From Hahellaceae bacterium (GTDB lineage Bacteria; Pseudomonadota; Gammaproteobacteria; Pseudomonadales; Oleiphilaceae), in assembly GCA_024234505.1 (NCBI GenBank), contig JACKOD010000001.1:783166-847165 (forward strand): a stretch of DNA of 64,000 bases, read 5' to 3'. How positions within the stretch are numbered: the first letter of the stretch is position 1; each line of letters opens with the position of its first letter. The notes under the pieces are model-generated. The model saw only the letters and a list, made by a program, of their open reading frames with translations, was not told the origin of the DNA and made no database searches. This document shows, one piece after another, positions 38,670 to 49,249 of this stretch. The translations under genes and the position numbers were made by a program.

Positions 38670-40955
38670 ATGATGTCAGGCGGATGTGGTGAAAGCACAA
38701 GGTCTAAAGATTGCGGTGAAAGCACAGAGGCTAAAGCAAGTACTCGTTGTTGTGGTGCAGGTGAGGGAAATTCGCACAGTGAAAGCGCTTTGCCGCCCTG
38801 TTGTGCGGCCTCGCCTGATGAAAAGAAGGAGGCCGATAGTATCATCGACTTACCTGGTTTTGTCCGTTCGCAGTTTCGCATCGCGCAAATGGATTGCCCC
38901 ACCGAAGAGCGTCTGATTCGGGATAAGCTTTCGTCGCTTGCAAGTGTCGGGGCGCTGGAGTTCAATCTGCTGCAACGGGTGCTGACGGTCTTTCATGTGC
39001 CGGATGGGGTCGACGATATTGTGGCCGCCATACAATCACTCGATTTCACGCCGGAGCCTCTGACCGACAACGCACGGCCTCTTACACCTGTGCCGCACCA
39101 GCCGCTTTGGCCGTTGGTTTTGGCTGGCTTGAGTGCTATCGGTGCCGAAATCGCGCACTTTTTTGCATTGACGAACGACTGGGTTGTTGCTGCGCTGGCG
39201 TTAGTTGCGATTGCCAGTTGCGGTCTGGGTACCTATAAAAAGGGCTGGATTGCCTTAAAAAACCGCAACCTCAACATCAACGCCCTGATGAGTATTGCCG
39301 TGACCGGCGCGCTGCTGATCGGTCAATGGCCCGAGGCGGCAATGGTGATGGTGTTGTTTGTCATAGCGGAGTTGATTGAGGCCAAATCCATTGACCGCGC
39401 CCGGCATGCCATTCGCAAATTACTGGATTTATCCCCTCAGCAGGCCACAGTTAAAAGTGCCGATGGTCATTGGCATACGCAGGATATTCGACATATCGCT
39501 ATGGGGTCACAAGTGCGCGTTCGGCCGGGCGAGCGTATTGCGCTGGATGGGGTGATTCAGGATGGACAATCTTCCGTGAATCAAGCCCCGATCACCGGCG
39601 AAAGTTTGCCCGTGGACAAAACAGTGGGTGATGCGGTGTATGCGGGCAGCCTGAATGAGGCCGGCTCTTTTATTTACACCACCACGGCAGCGGCGGATGG
39701 AACCCTGTTGGCGCGCATTATTCATGCCGTAGAAAGCGCCCAAGGGGCGAGGGCGCCGACGCAGCGTTTTGTGGATCAATTCGCCAAAGTTTACACGCCG
39801 GTGGTGTTTGCGCTGGCATTAGCGGTCGCTGTCGTGCCACCGTTATTTTCAAGTGGTATCTGGCTGGAATGGATTTATCGAGCACTGGTTTTGTTGGTGG
39901 TCGCCTGCCCCTGCGCCTTGGTGATTTCAACGCCGGTAACCATTGTGAGTGGGCTGGCCGCTGCGGCGCGACAGGGGATTCTGGTCAAGGGTGGAGCATT
40001 TCTGGAAGCCGGTCGGCATTTACGTTATCTGGCGTTAGATAAAACAGGCACCTTGACGGAGGGTAGACCGAAGCAGACTGACAGCATCATATTGTCCGAT
40101 GAACCGAATGACTTTGAGGTTGTCGCGGCGAGTCTGGCTAACCGTTCGGATCATCCGGTTTCTCATGCCATTGCCAGCGCGTTTAGCGGCCAGTTCGTCA
40201 AAGTAGAGCACTTCAGAGCCTTGAACGGTCGTGGGGTGGCCGGGTCGGTTGCCGGTCATAGTTATCATTTGGGTAATCATCGTCTGATCGAAGAGTTAGG
40301 CCTTTGCTCGCCGGAACTGGAAGTTCAGTTGAAAGGGCTGGAACAGCAGGGCAAAAGTGTGGTGCTCCTGACCAACGAACACAAGGTGCTGGCCTTGTTC
40401 GCCGTGGCCGATACGTTGCGGGCAACCAGTCGGGAAGCCATTCAGCAACTGCACGAACTGGGCGTTAAAACGCTTATGCTCAGTGGTGACAATCAATACA
40501 CTGCCCAGGCCATTGCAGACGGTGCAGGTATCGATGAAGTTAAGAGCGAGTTGTTGCCGGAGGACAAGCTGGCGGTTATTGCTGCACTCAGCGGTGAACA
40601 TGACAAGGTAGGCATGGTGGGAGATGGCATCAACGATGCCCCGGCACTGGCCAGAGCCGATATTGGTTTCGCGATGGGCATCAGTGGCACTGACACCGCA
40701 ATCGAAACCGCCGATGTGACTTTGATGGATGACGATTTGCGTAAAATTCCGCGCTTTATTGCGTTATCGAAGCAAACGGCCACCGTACTTCAACAAAACA
40801 TTGCACTGGCGATTGGCATTAAAGTGGTGTTTCTAGGGTTGGCTTTGGTCGGTCAGGCGACTCTGTGGATGGCGGTGTTTGCCGATATGGGCGCGAGTCT
40901 GATCGTGGTTGCAAATGGGTTGCGGATGTTGGAAGCACCGACTGAGCGCGGGTGA
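38670..40955 (+). CDS. Heavy-metal-translocating P1B-type ATPase (Zn/Cd/Pb type)
   Basis: N-terminal Cys-rich region (CG, CC, CC) plus HMA-like domain with DCPTEE motif. TM CPC motif (VACPCALV). DKTGTLT and GDGINDAP motifs. Start set at MMSGG with RBS GGAG. Confidence 0.85.
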   Translation: MMSGGCGESTRSKDCGESTEAKASTRCCGAGEGNSHSESALPPCCAASPDEKKEADSIIDLPGFVRSQFRIAQMDCPTEERLIRDKLSSLASVGALEFNLLQRVLTVFHVPDGVDDIVAAIQSLDFTPEPLTDNARPLTPVPHQPLWPLVLAGLSAIGAEIAHFFALTNDWVVAALALVAIASCGLGTYKKGWIALKNRNLNINALMSIAVTGALLIGQWPEAAMVMVLFVIAELIEAKSIDRARHAIRKLLDLSPQQATVKSADGHWHTQDIRHIAMGSQVRVRPGERIALDGVIQDGQSSVNQAPITGESLPVDKTVGDAVYAGSLNEAGSFIYTTTAAADGTLLARIIHAVESAQGARAPTQRFVDQFAKVYTPVVFALALAVAVVPPLFSSGIWLEWIYRALVLLVVACPCALVISTPVTIVSGLAAAARQGILVKGGAFLEAGRHLRYLALDKTGTLTEGRPKQTDSIILSDEPNDFEVVAASLANRSDHPVSHAIASAFSGQFVKVEHFRALNGRGVAGSVAGHSYHLGNHRLIEELGLCSPELEVQLKGLEQQGKSVVLLTNEHKVLALFAVADTLRATSREAIQQLHELGVKTLMLSGDNQYTAQAIADGAGIDEVKSELLPEDKLAVIAALSGEHDKVGMVGDGINDAPALARADIGFAMGISGTDTAIETADVTLMDDDLRKIPRFIALSKQTATVLQQNIALAIGIKVVFLGLALVGQATLWMAVFADMGASLIVVANGLRMLEAPTERG

Positions 40956-40970
40956 GTTAATCGTCTCAAG

Positions 40971-42176
40971 TCATTTAGGCTTGGGTTTAGTTGATTTCAC
41001 TAAAGCCAGCCAGGTAACAACGCAAACGACTGCTCCTGCATAGAAAGTAAAGGCGGAGCCGTAGCTATCCCACAAATAGCCGGCCAGCACACTGGCTAGT
41101 AGCATAGCCAAGCCGCTGATCAGATTGAAAAAGCCAAAGGCAGTACCGCGTAATTCGGCAGGCGCGGTATCGGCGACCATTTTTGCCAGCAATCCCTGTG
41201 TTGCCCCCATATGGACGCCCCAAAGGGCGACGCCAATCAGCACGCCTAGCCAACCGTTATGTGTTGCCAGTACGAGGTCGGCGAGGATCAGCACGAAAAT
41301 ACCGAAACCGAGCAGGGACGTGGAAGACTTTCGGTCTGCCAGTTTGCCCAACGGGTAAGCGGTGAGAGCGTACACGATATTCATCGCGACCATCACGAGG
41401 GGAATCCAGGTGGCTGCCAAGCCCGTTTGTTGGGCGCGCAGTACAAGAAAAGCCTCACTGAAACGCGCCAGTGTAAAGCCGGCGCCGATAAAAACGACCT
41501 GCCAATAATCCCGTTCGAGTCGCTTTAGGTTTTTCAGCCGAATCGGGTTTTCTCGCGTTGAAGTGGCTACTTTTCGGGGCTCTTTTAAGCCAAAAAACAA
41601 CAAGCTGACGGCCAACGCACCGGGAATGACGGCAACCCAGAACACCGCGCGATAATTTTCTGCCCACAAAAACATCAGACCCACTGCCAACAGAGGGCCA
41701 AGAAACGCACCCACCGTATCCAGCGATTGACGCAGCCCGAAGGCTGCTCCGCGCATATGCGGCGGGGCGATATCGGCCACCAGCGCATCCCGCGGCGCAC
41801 CGCGAATGCCTTTACCAATTCGGTCCAGTAATCGTGCGGAGAGCACAATCCCTAAAGACGGTGCAAGTGCAAAAAGCGGTTTGGTGACTGCACCCAGCCC
41901 ATAACCTAGTACGGCTAAACCTTTACGCTTACCCAGGTAATCGCTGATCACACCGGAGAATATTTTTACGATCAAGGCCGTGGATTCGGCCAGCCCCTCA
42001 ATTAACCCTACCTGCAGCGCACTAGCCCCCAGCGTAGTAACCATAAACAACGGAAGCAGGCTATGTATCATCTCAGAAGAGATATCCATCAGCAGACTGA
42101 CAAAACCGAGAATCCAAATACCTTTGGGTAACTTCTGAAACGTTTGATTTGCGGAACCGGTCATCGACATATCCAT
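40971..42176 (-). CDS. MFS transporter
   Basis: 401 aa, 12 TM helices. MFS loop motif (GKRKGLAVLG). Confidence 0.7.
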   Translation of the reverse strand: MDMSMTGSANQTFQKLPKGIWILGFVSLLMDISSEMIHSLLPLFMVTTLGASALQVGLIEGLAESTALIVKIFSGVISDYLGKRKGLAVLGYGLGAVTKPLFALAPSLGIVLSARLLDRIGKGIRGAPRDALVADIAPPHMRGAAFGLRQSLDTVGAFLGPLLAVGLMFLWAENYRAVFWVAVIPGALAVSLLFFGLKEPRKVATSTRENPIRLKNLKRLERDYWQVVFIGAGFTLARFSEAFLVLRAQQTGLAATWIPLVMVAMNIVYALTAYPLGKLADRKSSTSLLGFGIFVLILADLVLATHNGWLGVLIGVALWGVHMGATQGLLAKMVADTAPAELRGTAFGFFNLISGLAMLLASVLAGYLWDSYGSAFTFYAGAVVCVVTWLALVKSTKPKPK

Positions 42177-42647
42177 TTTGAGTCGCGAGTTGAACCTTAT
42201 AACGCCAGCGCAGGTAAAATCATAGTGCGTTCTTCATGTAGATTTAAATCTTTTATACTGTCGAGTAGGCCGCCAAACCAATCACAACTTCAATTATCCC
42301 GAGAAAGACGGACTCGATTTGCTTACCCCTAAATATTGTAAATAGTATATATAAAACAATGGACTATCGATGTGAAAGGCGAACCGCTTTTGCCTGGATG
42401 GACGAATCAGGTTTGCAAAAAGCGCTGACGCGCAGTCATTTTTTTATAATGATTTGAAATTGCTGGAAAAGTTAAAAATCGACGTCTAGGGTAGGCGAAC
42501 TAGTGAAATACGAAATGACTACGGTCTGTTAAGAACATCAAAAGATAAGGACTCAGAGTTTTATTTTTTCCCCTGCATTCTGTTTGAAATTCTAATGACG
42601 ATTCGTTCTTCTATCGTTGTCAGTTCCGAAGTGCTGATCACAAAGAT

Positions 42648-43121
42648 CTATTGAGGCTCAATTGACCACTGGTACAAAACCGCTGCTTGCCCCCCATACA
42701 CATTTCGCTCATCTAAAAGATTCCAGACGATTGCATTGCTAACAAAAAAGCGCTTGCCAGTGGCGGAGATGCGCACACCTTGATAGTTGTCGATAAAGCC
42801 ATACTGGGTCACTCGTGCTAAGAGCCTGTCCCGTTCCGACTGAATTTGTGGTTCGGCGGAAAAGCGGGAGGGCAGTTTTGTGAAATCCTGCCAGTTCATT
42901 TCAAATAGGGCTTGGGCGGTTTTGTTGCCATAGTTGAAGATGGGATCGCTGTCTGTATTGTGTGACACCACCGCAAAAGGCGCATGGTAAAGTGCTTGAA
43001 AACGCGCATTGTCGGTTAGTGTCGGGTCTAGTAGCGGTTTACCTGTCAGGCGTAAAAAGCTCGAAAGCATCAGGTCTGCGTGTTTTGCCTGGTAATGGTT
43101 GCCGGTGCAGGGTTCTTGCAT
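42648..43121 (-). CDS. MEKHLA-domain protein
   Basis: 157 aa, similarity to the MEKHLA (PAS-like) domain. Recalled from memory. Confidence 0.45.
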   Translation of the reverse strand: MQEPCTGNHYQAKHADLMLSSFLRLTGKPLLDPTLTDNARFQALYHAPFAVVSHNTDSDPIFNYGNKTAQALFEMNWQDFTKLPSRFSAEPQIQSERDRLLARVTQYGFIDNYQGVRISATGKRFFVSNAIVWNLLDERNVYGGQAAVLYQWSIEPQ

Positions 43122-43146
43122 TGCGCTTTCCTGTTAAGTCTTAAAT

Positions 43147-43758
43147 TTAAATAGGCAGCTTAATTTGATTAAGCATAGTGTTAAGCCATTGACCATAAGG
43201 TGACACCAGAAACCCGAGTGCGGCGCCATTCATGGCAACCGTTAGCCAGAATATGCGTCTAAAGGTGCGTTTTTGCGATTTGTGCCGAAGCCACTGTTGT
43301 GCAAAGAGTGCGCCGGGCCAGCCACCGGCTAATGCCAGATAATGTAGTGTGGCTTCCGGGACGCGCTGTTGAGATTTCTGGGCTGAAGACTTGTCCAGCG
43401 CATAGAAAATAAGCGTCAGTAGACTAACCGCGCCATAGAGAACCAGGATAATGAGGGCGAGTCGATTTAAATGCGTTAATACACCTAATCCCGAGAGAAA
43501 CAGCGCACTGACCAGAAACGCATTAAATGCAGGCCCGCGAGGCAAGATTTGCCGGCAACGGATATTAACTGCTTGTATTTGGTTTTTGGATTTTTTACCT
43601 GCCTGGAATTTAACGCGGGTGCCGACGGAGGGGCGACGTGATTTATTCTGCACATCAGAAATATGGAAAAAGTAGCGCTCATTGCTGCGCTTTGTTTGAA
43701 TAAAGCCAAATCCTTTTTCATCATTCCATTGAATGACTTTACCTTTGTATTCCACCAT
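43147..43758 (-). CDS. Cold-shock-domain protein fused to DUF1294 membrane domain
   Basis: N-terminal CSD (KGKVIQWNDEKGFGFI), then a basic linker and 3 TM helices. Start refined to MVEYKG. Confidence 0.65.
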   Translation of the reverse strand: MVEYKGKVIQWNDEKGFGFIQTKRSNERYFFHISDVQNKSRRPSVGTRVKFQAGKKSKNQIQAVNIRCRQILPRGPAFNAFLVSALFLSGLGVLTHLNRLALIILVLYGAVSLLTLIFYALDKSSAQKSQQRVPEATLHYLALAGGWPGALFAQQWLRHKSQKRTFRRIFWLTVAMNGAALGFLVSPYGQWLNTMLNQIKLPI

Positions 43759-43894
43759 GAGGCCCCTATTGGTGAACAAAGCGCGTAAGCTAGCAACAGG
43801 AAGGCCGGACTGCAACAGGATGTCATTGCGCATGGGATTTTTCCGGCCGGCCAACCGAATAGGTGCTTTCGAATTAGCCGGCATGTGAAACAGA

Positions 43895-44467
43895 CTAGCG
43901 CCCATACCTCCAGGTAATCCGGGCTTTTTCGAGCGCATGTTGATTCAACATAAAGCCGACCAATGCGCCTGATGCGTGGGTGTCTAGCGGTAGGGATTCC
44001 ACGTCCAATGCAAACAAGGTTAATTGATACCGATGCGGTGTGGCACCCGGCGGCGGGCAGGCGCCCCCAAATCCCGGTGTGCCAAAGTCGGTGCGACTTT
44101 GCAGGGTGCCTGGTGGCAGTGCGGCAGTGTCCGCCGTACCTGCGCCTGCGGGAAGCGTGTGGGTGTTGGCCGGGATATTAAACACCACCCAGTGCCACCA
44201 GCCGCTACCGGTAGGCGCGTCGGGATCATAAATTGTAATGGCAAAGCTTTTGGTGCCTGCCGGGGCATCGGACCAGTTCAGTGCGGGAGATTGATTTTGT
44301 CCTTCACAACCGAAGCCCTTAAACACCTGTGCGTCGGGGAGGGTGGCGCCTTCCGGCAAGCCGGGGCTATGTATTTCCAGTGCTTGAGTGACTTGAGACG
44401 CTAACGCCAGCGAGGCACAAAGTAAGGTCGCCGCCGTTTGGCGGGTGTAGCGATGCAGTCTTTTCAT
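43895..44467 (-). CDS. YbhB/YbcL-family phosphatidylethanolamine-binding (Raf-kinase-inhibitor-like) protein, secreted
   Basis: Signal peptide. PEBP motifs (YDPDAP, GWWHWVVFNIP, HRYQLTLFALD). Start refined to MKRLHRY. Confidence 0.75.
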   Translation of the reverse strand: MKRLHRYTRQTAATLLCASLALASQVTQALEIHSPGLPEGATLPDAQVFKGFGCEGQNQSPALNWSDAPAGTKSFAITIYDPDAPTGSGWWHWVVFNIPANTHTLPAGAGTADTAALPPGTLQSRTDFGTPGFGGACPPPGATPHRYQLTLFALDVESLPLDTHASGALVGFMLNQHALEKARITWRYGR

Positions 44468-44587
44468 GGGGGACTCCTGTGTTGAAGCAAGTAACAGGAT
44501 GTATGTTACCGATGGCATTGCCTTAAAAAATGCCTGAAAGACGCAGATTCGTTCCTGAAATACGCATCTGTGATTGTACCGTGATTG

Positions 44588-45544
44588 TCACGACACAGGT
44601 TCGCGTGTGCGCCGCAACTGTGCCGGCGTCAACCCAAAATAGGCTCGGAAGCGCTCACTGAATCGGGCCAGCGATTGATAGCCGCATTGTTCTGCCACCT
44701 GATCCAATGAAGCGTGCGTGGTTTGCAACAGATTAAAGGCCTGCACCAGGCGCACGTCGTCGAGTATCGCGCGCAGGCCGCTCTGCTCCTCCTTCAGTTG
44801 GCGGCTTAAGGTGGCCACACTGCGATGCAGTTTTGCCGCCAGCAAAGCCAGCGTCCAATTTCGATCCGGTGCTTCCGCGACCAGCGCTTGTACCTGACAG
44901 GTGATACTGGCGCTACGCGGTTGCAGCAGTGGCCATATCTGCGCGTTTTGAATAATCCAGTGCAATAGGAGTTCTTGTAGGCGATGCCGGATGATCGCAG
45001 GGTGCAGTTGTGCCTCGGTCACGGAGCTAATGATGGCTCGCATGACTTGCTGTTGCTGTGGGTTGGGTTTGAGCGTACAGAACCCTCCGGTACTCATGAC
45101 CGGCGCGGGCGTCAGATTCAATTGCCGCGCCAGGCTTTCCACATCCTTTTGGCTCAGCTCAAAAGCCAATGCGCGATATTCGCCTGCTGTGGCATCAGGC
45201 TGATTTTCCAATTGACAGCGAATACCCGCCGGGATCAGCACCATCTCACCCGCCTGTACTTGCGTTTCTTGCTGGCGACACTGCAATCGTTTCACGCCGG
45301 TTTGCACCATGATCAGACAGGGCTGCCAAAACGGTAGATTCTTTATGGTCTGCGTCTGATAGGCATGAAAGCTGCCAAACGCGATAGGAGTATGAACCTC
45401 TTCTTGCGTGATGGAGGGTGTCGCGGATAGTCCTGAGGATCGAGTCATGCACAGACCTGATGAGTCATGGAAATAGTGGACATGTTCACTGTATTCGAAA
45501 TTGGGGTCAACCGGCCACGAAAATGATTTAGTAATCAAAGACAA
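44588..45544 (-). CDS. AraC-family transcriptional regulator (N-terminal cupin-like sensing domain)
   Basis: C-terminal AraC HTH (LDQVAEQCGYQSLARFSERFRAYFGLTPAQ). Confidence 0.75.
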   Translation of the reverse strand: MSLITKSFSWPVDPNFEYSEHVHYFHDSSGLCMTRSSGLSATPSITQEEVHTPIAFGSFHAYQTQTIKNLPFWQPCLIMVQTGVKRLQCRQQETQVQAGEMVLIPAGIRCQLENQPDATAGEYRALAFELSQKDVESLARQLNLTPAPVMSTGGFCTLKPNPQQQQVMRAIISSVTEAQLHPAIIRHRLQELLLHWIIQNAQIWPLLQPRSASITCQVQALVAEAPDRNWTLALLAAKLHRSVATLSRQLKEEQSGLRAILDDVRLVQAFNLLQTTHASLDQVAEQCGYQSLARFSERFRAYFGLTPAQLRRTREPVS

Positions 45545-45704
45545 ATCGCACGGTATTTTTATGTCATGGAATGCAGCAAAGACTAAACCGTATTGGTGCA
45601 GCTTTTCATAAAATTGAGCTGCAGGCGCTTAGCAATTGTCCATTATTTTTATCTGGCTATAATATGCGCACATTGTTCACGGTGTGGGCAATGTGCGCGT
45701 TTAA

Positions 45705-46049
45705 TCAATTAATGGTAGCGCGAGCTTCCTAAGTTTTCCGCTCGAAGCGATTGCATTTTATACCGGTGTTCCGCAATGGCGCTTCGGTGTAGGGGGACGT
45801 TATGTGATGAATCCAGAAGCGGAAGTCAAAGTTGACTATGATAAAGTCACTGTAAAATACGATGATACGATCGGATTTGTGACAGAAGTAGGTTATCAGC
45901 CAGCAGACAATTTTTGGATCAACATTCGTTATGTCGCCGAGCAATATGAACCGACAGATATCGAATTTAATGGCCTCAAGTATACTGTAAACTCTTCGGC
46001 AGAGATCAGCGGTAACCATGTCGGTATTAATGCAGTGATGATGTTCTAA
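45705..46049 (+). pseudogene. Possible C-terminal fragment of an outer-membrane beta-barrel protein (no upstream ATG; only a GTG at 45804)
   Basis: Frame open from stop at 45702. Alternating amphipathic strands and terminal aromatic (...GINAVMMF). Weak. Confidence 0.25.
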
Positions 46050-46279
46050 TCCTTAGAGCCGGTGTCGGCACAGGTTGTTGATTAACGCAACCTGAGTCGT
46101 CTCGAAGTACTTGGTTCCCTTCAAATCAACGGAGGAATTTATCCCCACCCGTTGATTTATTACACAAGGGATGCGCTGTTAATGGTGGAACATTGCAATT
46201 AATAGCGAAACATTGCGATGCTGTGTCGGCGTAACTCACATCAGATATTCCAAGGTGTTACGCCTCAATGCAGACCTGC

Positions 46280-49216
46280 TTAATCTGATGACTCAATTAG
46301 CGTCAGACCAGCAGGCAGCGCTTCGCCAAAGATCAGCTTGGTTTGCGCCGCATCATCGGGCTCGGTTTGGGTCAGCATGCGTAACCATAATGCCGGAGTC
46401 TTAACCGCCTGCAGGCGTTCGATTACCTGCTGGCGCAAACGCTCATCCAGATCGCGCTCGCGGTCGCCACTCAGCCGACACATTAAGATCGCCGCAAAGG
46501 CCAGGTTAGGGCTGCGTTGCCAGTTTTCCTGCAGTACCCGTGTCAGCCAGGTTTCGACTTGTTGCCGCGGGATGACCTGATGCAGGCTGGCATGGAACGG
46601 AATGCGCGAGGCAAGGCGGCCCAGCGCCCACCAACTGGTTTGGGTTTCACTGCTGTTTTGCAGGCGGGTTAACAGGCCGTCGCCAATGGCAATTTTGGCG
46701 CTGACCGGTAACAGCTCCAGCGAGCCGAGCAGGCGTACCATGTCTTCGTAAGAGTGTTGTTTGGCTTCGGCCTGGAGTTTACGGCTGCCGATGTTGGCGG
46801 GGTCGATGTAGACGGCCAGGTCGGTGTAGATGCGCGCTTGCTGATCGGCATTCAGGCCCCCGGCAGCGCGGCGCCAGAATGTCCACCAGTCAATCCAGCT
46901 CTGGGTTTCCTGAGGAAAGGCCAGACCCTGTTCATACAGCGGCCAGATTTTTTGCAGACGCCAGGCGTCCGCCGGGTGGCCGAAGCCGGGGCGCAGTCCG
47001 AAACCGGCCAGATTCAACCACAGGCGTTCGTGCTGCTGTGAGCGGCGGCGTTGGGCCTGACCTTGCAGTAGCTGGTCGAACAGGGTACGCAACAGATTGG
47101 CATCCCAGGTATCTCGTTTGCCCAGGCATTTCTCCAGATCGTTACGCAGGGTTTTAATCAGCTTCGGATCGCTTTTTTGTTTCTTCTCACCATACAGTGC
47201 GTCTAACAGCGTTTGTGCTTCCGGCCAGCGTGGCGGTAGCGCGAGGCGGTTGGTAGTGCTGTGTGTTGCGCCATGTGTTGATCCGTCATCTGTGGCGCAC
47301 TCTGCCGTACCTGTCTGGCGTACCTGAAATTCCACCTGCCAGCGCTGCGCGGGTTGATCGGCGGCGATACTCACACACTGTAATTGCAACGTGCCAACTT
47401 CGGTCAGGCTGGCCATCAGTTGTACCGGTACCTGTCTGGCGCTACCTTTGTTTGTGGTATTACCTGACTGCGGCGGCAGGGCCGCAATCAGCGGAGGCAA
47501 GGCAATAAAATCGTCGGCTAGTGTGGCCAGTTCGCCGGGCAGATAGGACTGATCGCGGGTGGTCGAGGTCAGATTGAAGATGACCGGTTGATCCAGCGTT
47601 AACAGAAATTGGCGATCCGTTAAGGCCACTTCGCACAGTTCCTCGGTGCCTTTGGGTAACAGGCATACCGTTTGGGCGCGCTCACCCTCGGCACCCGGCA
47701 ACACCAGAAAAAACGAACGTGCGGAACCACCGCCGATCTTGAGTTGCTGGCCACGTCGGGCCATGGCATAGGCCACGGCACCGTAGGCCACGGCCAGATC
47801 AGGATGCGGGTTGTCGAGACAAGTAACCGGCTGGCCTTGACGCCATTGTGCAAGTAAATCCTGCAGGCGCTGGTTTAACTGGCCGCTATTAAACACGCCG
47901 CCATTGAGTAGCAAGGCATCGGGAATGGCAGGTGCCGAATCGGCATCGGCGTTTAATGCATTATGATCATCCAACGCTTCGCGACAAGCACGCTCATGGT
48001 TACCAATAAAGGCGGCCAGATGCTTGCTGATGGCGGGGTCGCTGGCATAGGGCAGACCGAACTCCACCACTGCGCTGCGGCGTTTGTTTGGGCGCTGAGC
48101 AAAATCGCTGAGCGGGAAAAAACCGTCCAGCGCGATAGCTTGAACTTCGTCGCGGGTCAGTTCGCAGCTTTTCGCACCACCGATCAGTCGCGCACCGCTG
48201 CCCAACAGTGTGACCGTGGCCTGGGTGGGGGCGGTTTCCTGCAGCAAGCGCTCTTTGGCTTGGCGTGTCTGCTGGATCAACTGCGAGAGCTGTCCGGCAC
48301 TCAGTGGCTTGCCGGGGGCCAGACGCTGTTCTGCGAGATGCGCCAGCGCCAGGTCGATATTGTCTCCACCCAGCATCAGGTGATCACCGACACCGATGCG
48401 GGTCAGGTTGAGTTGCTGCTGTTCATCCAGCGCAATCTTGACCAGACTCAGGTCGGTGGTGCCACCGCCGACATCGCAAACCAGCAACAGGCGCAGATCG
48501 TTTAACAGTTGCGCGGCATTGGCTTGGTGCCGCGCGAACCAGTCATAACAGACCGCGAGCGGCTCTTCCAGTAACAAAATATGGGGCAAACCGGCGAGCG
48601 TGGCTGCCTCAACCGTCAGCACACGAGCGCCTTCGTCAAACGAAGCCGGTACCGTGACCACGATTTCCTGATCTTCCAGCAGGGCATCGGGGTGTTCGTG
48701 GTTCCAGGCCTGGCGCACATAGTGGAGATAACTGGCACTGGCAATCAGTGGCGATACCTTATCGGCCTCGGTGGCGGCAGACCAGGGCAGAATCGCGGCA
48801 CGGCGATCCACCTGTGGATGCGACAGCCAGCTTTTGGCACTGACCACCAGACGACCGTCGGCTTTGGCACCCAGCGAACGCGCCCAGGCACCAATAACCC
48901 GGCGAGGCAGGTCTTCGAAGTGCGCCGGACTGGCATCCTGCGACCAGGGCAGCACCAGATCGGCTTCAGCCAGTTCGCCGGGGGCCGGATGGTAGCGAAA
49001 CGACGGCAACAACGGCAGCTTGGCAACTTCACCCGGTGCTACCAGCTGCTCGATTTCGAAGATCTGGCGCTGCGCCGGTTGCATCTGGTCGCTTAGCGGG
49101 GCGTAGGACACCACGGTATGGGTGGTGCCCAGGTCAATCCCCACCAGATAGCGCGCCGCTGGGCGGCTTTGATCAACCTTGGAAGAGGGCGGGTTGCTGT
49201 CTGTTGTCTGTGTCAT
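46280..49216 (-). CDS. Hsp70-family (DnaK-like actin-fold ATPase) protein, long form with ~350-aa C-terminal extension
   Basis: 978 aa. IDLGTTHTVVSY phosphate-1 motif. DVGGGTTDLSLV phosphate-2 motif. Confidence 0.8.
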   Translation of the reverse strand: MTQTTDSNPPSSKVDQSRPAARYLVGIDLGTTHTVVSYAPLSDQMQPAQRQIFEIEQLVAPGEVAKLPLLPSFRYHPAPGELAEADLVLPWSQDASPAHFEDLPRRVIGAWARSLGAKADGRLVVSAKSWLSHPQVDRRAAILPWSAATEADKVSPLIASASYLHYVRQAWNHEHPDALLEDQEIVVTVPASFDEGARVLTVEAATLAGLPHILLLEEPLAVCYDWFARHQANAAQLLNDLRLLLVCDVGGGTTDLSLVKIALDEQQQLNLTRIGVGDHLMLGGDNIDLALAHLAEQRLAPGKPLSAGQLSQLIQQTRQAKERLLQETAPTQATVTLLGSGARLIGGAKSCELTRDEVQAIALDGFFPLSDFAQRPNKRRSAVVEFGLPYASDPAISKHLAAFIGNHERACREALDDHNALNADADSAPAIPDALLLNGGVFNSGQLNQRLQDLLAQWRQGQPVTCLDNPHPDLAVAYGAVAYAMARRGQQLKIGGGSARSFFLVLPGAEGERAQTVCLLPKGTEELCEVALTDRQFLLTLDQPVIFNLTSTTRDQSYLPGELATLADDFIALPPLIAALPPQSGNTTNKGSARQVPVQLMASLTEVGTLQLQCVSIAADQPAQRWQVEFQVRQTGTAECATDDGSTHGATHSTTNRLALPPRWPEAQTLLDALYGEKKQKSDPKLIKTLRNDLEKCLGKRDTWDANLLRTLFDQLLQGQAQRRRSQQHERLWLNLAGFGLRPGFGHPADAWRLQKIWPLYEQGLAFPQETQSWIDWWTFWRRAAGGLNADQQARIYTDLAVYIDPANIGSRKLQAEAKQHSYEDMVRLLGSLELLPVSAKIAIGDGLLTRLQNSSETQTSWWALGRLASRIPFHASLHQVIPRQQVETWLTRVLQENWQRSPNLAFAAILMCRLSGDRERDLDERLRQQVIERLQAVKTPALWLRMLTQTEPDDAAQTKLIFGEALPAGLTLIESSD

Positions 49217-49249
49217 GTGCCTGTCTGTATTGTATTTACAATTGGGGGA

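Noticed and set aside
38138-38965. 275-aa minus-strand ORF extending the MerR regulator upstream
   Set aside because: The extension lacks HTH homology and overlaps the divergent ATPase gene. The MerR domain begins at MKIGELAKR (38587).
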